DNA of 64,000 bases from the NCBI GenBank assembly GCA_963828155.1, contig CAWHDQ010000001.1, positions 643,684 through 707,683 on the forward strand, written 5' to 3'. Positions 59,901 through 64,000 of the stretch are shown here, piece by piece (position 1 is the first letter of the stretch; every line of letters starts with the position of its first letter). Under the pieces are notes generated by a model. That model was not told the origin of the DNA. It ran no database searches and saw only the letters and a program-made list of their open reading frames with translations. Source of the stretch: an uncultured Planctomycetaceae bacterium. GTDB lineage: Bacteria; Planctomycetota; Planctomycetia; Pirellulales; PALSA-1355. The translations under genes were made by a program, and so were the position numbers.

Positions 59901-60755
59901 TCAGGAAGCAGACGCCGAAGGCGGCGAGGGCTGCTGCGGGGCCGGTTTGACGCCCAGGCGGCGGAGAATCGCTTCGCACTGATTGATTGTCATCGTCGCA
60001 GCGGCATAAACCTCTTGCGCATCGCGCAGGCGGTACTTGGCTCGCATCTTGGCCGAGCCGCCGCCGATGGCTTCGATCTCGGCGTGGTTCTGCGACTTGA
60101 TCGCCTCGCGCACCTGTTCGGACATGGCCATCCATTCCGGGCTGCTGCGGACCATAGCGGTGCGGAGCTGGCCGAACTTGACCTTTTCCTCTTTCACGCG
60201 GTTGAGCGCGCTCTGGTACTGGTCGTCGCTCTTGAAAACTTCTTCCCGCACCTTGGGCAGCTTCTTGAGCCGATCCTCGGGTTCGGTCAGCTCGGCGACC
60301 TTCGATTTGTACTCGTCGGAGTCGAGTACCCGTTTGTTTTGATCGTGAAACTCGTCAAAGGCCGCGAGCAAGGCGGCATGGGCCTTGCTGATCTCGGAGT
60401 TAGGGCCGGTCTCTTCGATCAGCCGGGCCTGAATCTCCTGGAGCGACATGTGCGAGTTGTGCTCCTCGCTTTTGGCCTCGTCCATCGAGCTTTTGGCGGC
60501 TCGGATGCGGGCGTTGGCGGTGTCGATCGTGCCCTGGGCCTCGTGCATCTGGACCTGGGCCAGAGCCTGAGCTTTGCGGGCGGCGGCCAGATTGGCCTGG
60601 GCGGCCTGGATCATCCGCTGGCGGGCGGCGGCGTTGTAGTTGTGGTGATGGCCGTAGTTCCGGGCTGCGGCCGTTTCCGCCCAGAGCGCGATCAGCGCAG
60701 GCATCAAGATGCCTGCGAGTGCTGCGAAGCAAGCCGTTTTCCGCCGGACTGTCAT
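59901..60755 (-). CDS. secreted coiled-coil hypothetical protein
   Basis: An ATG at 60755 lies within ORF 59901..60812. The signal is MTVRRKTACFAALAGILMPALIALWAETAAA. The body is helical and rich in Ala/Glu/Lys/Gln. The frame is intact. Confidence 0.6.
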   Translation of the reverse strand: MTVRRKTACFAALAGILMPALIALWAETAAARNYGHHHNYNAAARQRMIQAAQANLAAARKAQALAQVQMHEAQGTIDTANARIRAAKSSMDEAKSEEHNSHMSLQEIQARLIEETGPNSEISKAHAALLAAFDEFHDQNKRVLDSDEYKSKVAELTEPEDRLKKLPKVREEVFKSDDQYQSALNRVKEEKVKFGQLRTAMVRSSPEWMAMSEQVREAIKSQNHAEIEAIGGGSAKMRAKYRLRDAQEVYAAATMTINQCEAILRRLGVKPAPQQPSPPSASAS

Positions 60756-61141
60756 GGCCGTCCCCTCGCCGCCGCTGTTGGCAGCCCCCACGTTGGCACG
60801 GCTCTGGAGCAATCAAAAGCCGGCTCGAAGTGCAGGGCACCGACTTTCAGTATCGATGCCCATCGTCGGATGTGTCAATTTTAGTCGGCCGGCCGGCGAA
60901 TTACTTTTCTGCAAGTTTTTGTTTTTCAGCGATCGGCATTGCAAACACCCGACTTGGGCGGCGGTGGGCTGAAAAATCGTCGCCGCGTCCTAACCAAACG
61001 CTAAGTCCCCGCTAACACTTGTCGGCCAGAATATTGAGCCATTAGGTCGCCGCTTGGAAGCGGACGGCGCACTGGCACGAATCGCCGCTCGGAGTTGGCT
61101 GGTCGACTGCCATCAGCAATCGCCGGGCGGAAGCAGGATTC

Positions 61142-62509
61142 ATGACGCAAACCGTGACTCACGAAGAGTTTTTCGACCTGCTGGCGCGGAGCGGCCTGGT
61201 CACGCCCGCCGCCGCCGAGGCGTATCAAGCCCGCCTCGGATCGTCGGCCGCCGATGCTCCCGGCGGCCTGGAGGGGCTCGCCCAGGAGTTGGTCAACGAG
61301 GGTGTGCTGACCCCGTTCCAATCGCGCGAGCTGCTGCGTGGCCGCTGGCGGGGATTCTTCATCGACGACAAGTACAAGATTCTGCACCTGCTGGGCTCGG
61401 GGGGTATGGGCACCGTGGTGCTCTGCGAGCACATGATGCTCCAGCGGCTGGTGGCCGTGAAGCTGATGAGCGCTACGCTGGCCAAGATTCCCGGCACGGT
61501 CGACCGCTTTCTGCGCGAGGCCCGGGCGGCCGCGGCAATGGACCACGTACACATTGCCCGGGTGTTTGACGTCGATCGCTCGTCGCGCGGCCCCTATCTG
61601 GTGATGGAGTACATCGACGGCACGACGCTGCACGACCTGGTGAGCAATCACGGCCCGCTGGCGATCGAGCGGGCCTGCGACTACATCCGTCAGGCGGCCG
61701 TCGGCTTGCAGCACGCCCATCAGGCGGGGCTCGTGCATCGCGACATCAAGCCCAGCAACTTGATGCTCGACCGCTCGGGCACCATCAAGCTGTTGGATTT
61801 GGGACTGGCCCGGTTCTTCGACACCGGCAAGAACGGCAATCTGACGGCCAATCTCGACGCCGAAGCCGTCATGGGCACGGCCGACTTCATCGCTCCCGAA
61901 CAGGCCCTGCAATCGAGCACGGCCGACATCCGCTCCGACATCTACAGCCTGGGCTGCACGCTTTACTTTCTGCTCTTGCGGCGGCTGACGGTGCCCGATG
62001 GCTCGCTGATCCAAAAACTGCTTTCGCATCAGGCCCGCGAGCCTGAGCCGATCTGCAGCCTGCGTCCGGAAGTGCCCGCTGAACTGGCCGCCGTGATCGA
62101 ACGGATGATGCGCAAGCGGCCGGAGGAGCGCTACCAGACGCCGGCCGAGGTGGCAGCGGCGCTGGGGCCGTGGACTGCCGTTCCGGTGGCGGCGCCGACC
62201 GCGGCGGAAATGCCGCAAATCACCCCCACGATGTTTCGCGTGGGCATGTCGGCCCCGATGGGCACCTCGCCGGGCGTTGCCCGGCCTCCCAGCAGCGTCC
62301 GGCAGCGAGTGCCGGCCGCGGCGTCCACCCCGCCAGCCGTCGCGGCCGAGATTTCGACCCACTCGGGTCAGGCGCGAGCAGACACCAGGCCGCCGGGCGC
62401 AGCGAACATGTGGCCCAATCCAGCGGGCTGGGTTTGCCGCATGGCTTGTCCTCGGACGTCGCACTGGCCGACGACGAATTGCGCGATCCCGACCAGGCCA
62501 CGCGGGTGA
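61142..62509 (+). CDS. Hanks-type serine/threonine protein kinase; C-terminal boundary uncertain (may continue into the PstS-like ORF)
   Basis: The kinase motifs are LGSGGMGTVVLCEH, VAVKLM, HRDIKPSNLML, DLGLARF and GTADFIAPEQ. After about 62400 the annotated frame becomes Trp/Cys-rich (MWPNPAGWVCRMACPRTSHW) and stops at TGA 62507-62509. Over the same stretch the +1 frame reads SSGLGLPHGLSSDVALADDELRDPDQATRVTPVETRRVD without a stop. Confidence 0.85.
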   Translation: MTQTVTHEEFFDLLARSGLVTPAAAEAYQARLGSSAADAPGGLEGLAQELVNEGVLTPFQSRELLRGRWRGFFIDDKYKILHLLGSGGMGTVVLCEHMMLQRLVAVKLMSATLAKIPGTVDRFLREARAAAAMDHVHIARVFDVDRSSRGPYLVMEYIDGTTLHDLVSNHGPLAIERACDYIRQAAVGLQHAHQAGLVHRDIKPSNLMLDRSGTIKLLDLGLARFFDTGKNGNLTANLDAEAVMGTADFIAPEQALQSSTADIRSDIYSLGCTLYFLLLRRLTVPDGSLIQKLLSHQAREPEPICSLRPEVPAELAAVIERMMRKRPEERYQTPAEVAAALGPWTAVPVAAPTAAEMPQITPTMFRVGMSAPMGTSPGVARPPSSVRQRVPAAASTPPAVAAEISTHSGQARADTRPPGAANMWPNPAGWVCRMACPRTSHWPTTNCAIPTRPRG

Positions 62510-62590
62510 CGCCAGTCGAAACGCGCCGGGTCGATCGCGCACCCCGGGCAATCACCACCGCCGGAGGTTGCGCCGCTCCCGCCGCGGCGG

Positions 62591-63769
62591 GTGACCAAGC
62601 GTGTACTGTTCTTGGCCGCCGCGGGCCTGCTCTTGCTGGCTGCCGCTTTCGGTGTCGGGCAAGTATTCCGGCCAGCCGGGCCGACCGGGCCGATCGTCGG
62701 CCCATCCGGCCGGATGGTTCCGCCAGGAATGGGGGCTCAAGCCGCTGCGTTGAACGGCGACGGAAGCTCGTCGGCTGCCAGCGGAGCCATGCCCGCCAGT
62801 GGCGTGATCCTCCGCGGCGGCGGCTCGACGTTCGTGCGGCCGATCATGGAGCAATGGGCCCGGCAGTACGAACAGCAAACGGGCGTCAAAATCGACTACA
62901 CCGCGGTCGGTTCGGGCAAAGGCATTGAAGGCGTGCTCGCCAAGTTTCTCGACTTCGGCTGCAGCGATGCGTTCTTGTCCGATGAGCAATTGGCCGAGGC
63001 CGGCAGTCCCCTGATTCACATTCCGCTGGTGATGGGGGCCGTCGTGCCGACTTATAACGTGCCCGACGCGGCCGGCGGGACCGCCGGCCTGCGGTTTACC
63101 GGCCCGCTGCTGGCCAACATCTACCTGGGCAAGGTCACCAACTGGAACGACCCGGCGATCGCCGTCAGCAATCCGGGACAGTCGTTGCCCGACCTGCCGA
63201 TCGTGGTCGTCTACCGCAAGGAAAAAAGTGGCACCACCTCGATCTGGACCGATTACCTCAGCAAGGCTAGCAGCGCCTGGCGGCAGGACGTGGGCGCGAG
63301 CACGAGCGTCAAGTGGCCGGTCGGCGAAGGAGCGGAAAAGAATGACGGCGTCGCCGACCAGGTCAGCCGCACGCCGGGGGCGATCGGTTACGTCGAGCTG
63401 AGCTTCGCTCTGGCCAACGGGTTGCCGGTCGGCATGATCAAGAATCAGGCCGGGGTGTTCGTCACGCCCTCGATCGAGGGGATCACCGCCGCCGCCGCCG
63501 CTTCGCTCCGCTCGATTCCCGACGATCTGCGCTACTCGCTGACCGACGCTCCGGGCCAGGCATCGTATCCGATCGTGGGCACGGCCTGGGCGATTCTTTA
63601 TCTGGATCAGCCGCCGGGCAAAGGGGCGGAGCTGGTCAAGTTCCTCCGCTGGGCCACCGGCGAGGGGCAACAATCCGCCAGTCAACTGCGCTACGGCCGC
63701 TTGCCGCCCGACTTGGTCAGCCGGATTCACGAACGGCTCGACGCCGTCAGCGGGGCCACCAATCCGTGA
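62591..63769 (+). CDS. PstS-family periplasmic phosphate-binding domain protein with N-terminal hydrophobic anchor (orphan; no pstCAB adjacent)
   Basis: (M)TKRVLFLAAAGLLLLAAAFGVGQVF is followed by GGGSTFVRPIMEQW..YTAVGSGKGIEG..FGCSDAFL..VVYRKEKSGTTS..GAIGYVELSFA. The positions matching the Pi ligands as I recall them for E. coli PstS (T10/F11, S38, D56, R135, S139-T141) are conserved. The ORF is in the same reading frame as the kinase ORF, and the 81 nt between them are open. Confidence 0.85.
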   Translation: MTKRVLFLAAAGLLLLAAAFGVGQVFRPAGPTGPIVGPSGRMVPPGMGAQAAALNGDGSSSAASGAMPASGVILRGGGSTFVRPIMEQWARQYEQQTGVKIDYTAVGSGKGIEGVLAKFLDFGCSDAFLSDEQLAEAGSPLIHIPLVMGAVVPTYNVPDAAGGTAGLRFTGPLLANIYLGKVTNWNDPAIAVSNPGQSLPDLPIVVVYRKEKSGTTSIWTDYLSKASSAWRQDVGASTSVKWPVGEGAEKNDGVADQVSRTPGAIGYVELSFALANGLPVGMIKNQAGVFVTPSIEGITAAAAASLRSIPDDLRYSLTDAPGQASYPIVGTAWAILYLDQPPGKGAELVKFLRWATGEGQQSASQLRYGRLPPDLVSRIHERLDAVSGATNP

Positions 63770-63875
63770 ACGGCGGCACGTGCCGCGCGCGCCGCATTTT
63801 GCCAAACGGCGGGTTTGCCGTTAAGTTTCTGGCTGGCCCTGATAAAGCTCGTCAGAAACAAGTTGGACGCCCGCC

Positions 63876-64000
63876 GTGCAAATCGAGATTTTCCCCGACC
63901 CCGACTCCGTGGCTCAGCATGCAGCCCAGCTCGTGGCCCGCGCGGCCAGAGAGGCAGTAACGGCCCGGGGCGCTTCGTGCTGGCGGTCAGCGGGGGCACC
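63876..64000 (+). CDS. 6-phosphogluconolactonase-like (Pgl/NagB family), 5' partial at the window edge, one frame disruption
   Basis: A GTG at 63876 gives VQIEIFPDPDSVAQHAAQLVARAAREAVTARG. Adding one G to the G4 run at 63967-63970 gives ..RGRFVLAVSGGT, the family's N-terminal signature. Only about 40 codons are visible. Confidence 0.45.
   Translation, partial: MQIEIFPDPDSVAQHAAQLVARAAREAVTARGASCWRSAGA

Noticed and set aside
57700-59982. Very long antisense ORFs. These include this 760-aa ORF and similar ones at 52339..54360 (673 aa), 61001..62551 (516 aa), 9995..11128, 34383..35711 and 48741..49916.
   Set aside because: All lie opposite genes with clear domain signatures. They have the R/G/A/P-dominated composition expected of stop-poor frames in GC-rich DNA, and no motifs are recognisable.
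62507-62509. The in-frame TGA between the kinase and PstS ORFs as possible selenocysteine or programmed read-through.
   Set aside because: I can see no SECIS-like hairpin directly downstream. The residues preceding the TGA look out of frame, and the window is full of simple indels, so two compensating indels are the more economical explanation.

Overview
This is a high-GC chromosomal segment with a Planctomycetota (Pirellulales-like) gene repertoire. Markers include DUF1549/DUF1553 and DUF1501 genes, PSCyt1 cytochrome-c domains, several DUF1080 proteins, an N-terminal 'EQLEDR' giant surface protein, and characteristic palindromic intergenic repeats. I can support about 50 protein-coding genes on both strands. 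I found no rRNA, tRNA, CRISPR array, transposase, integrase or phage genes.

Recognisable content:
- ispH next to a squalene-synthesis cluster, hpnC-hpnD-hpnE
- Mn-type superoxide dismutase
- an HD-GYP/PAS/GGDEF c-di-GMP protein
- an orphan histidine kinase
- a VIT+vWA protein
- sialate O-acetylesterase
- DJ-1/PfpI, SDR and alpha/beta-hydrolase genes
- a CNNM/CBS transporter
- thioredoxin-like proteins
- a Kelch protein
- a roughly 1400-aa cyclophilin-FN3-DUF4114 surface protein

The most interesting items:
1. A Hanks-type Ser/Thr kinase is followed, in the same frame, by an orphan PstS phosphate-binding domain with an uncleaved-looking TM anchor. This may be a phosphate receptor kinase.
2. 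A tightly coupled four-gene minus-strand operon runs DUF1549/1553, DUF1501, PSCyt1-WD40, then J-like-WD40.
3. A coupled three-gene envelope lipoprotein operon has two paralogues and a DUF11 protein.
4. Four different families of palindromic intergenic elements are present.
5. A near-consensus promoter precedes a structured non-coding leader, next to a gene remnant.

Major caveat: by my reading about 45-50 single-base frame disruptions break roughly half of the genes. Where I could resolve them, they often sit in short homopolymers, so the ORF track splits many genes into 2-8 pieces. I merged those pieces by reading across frames. Exact junction positions are approximate.
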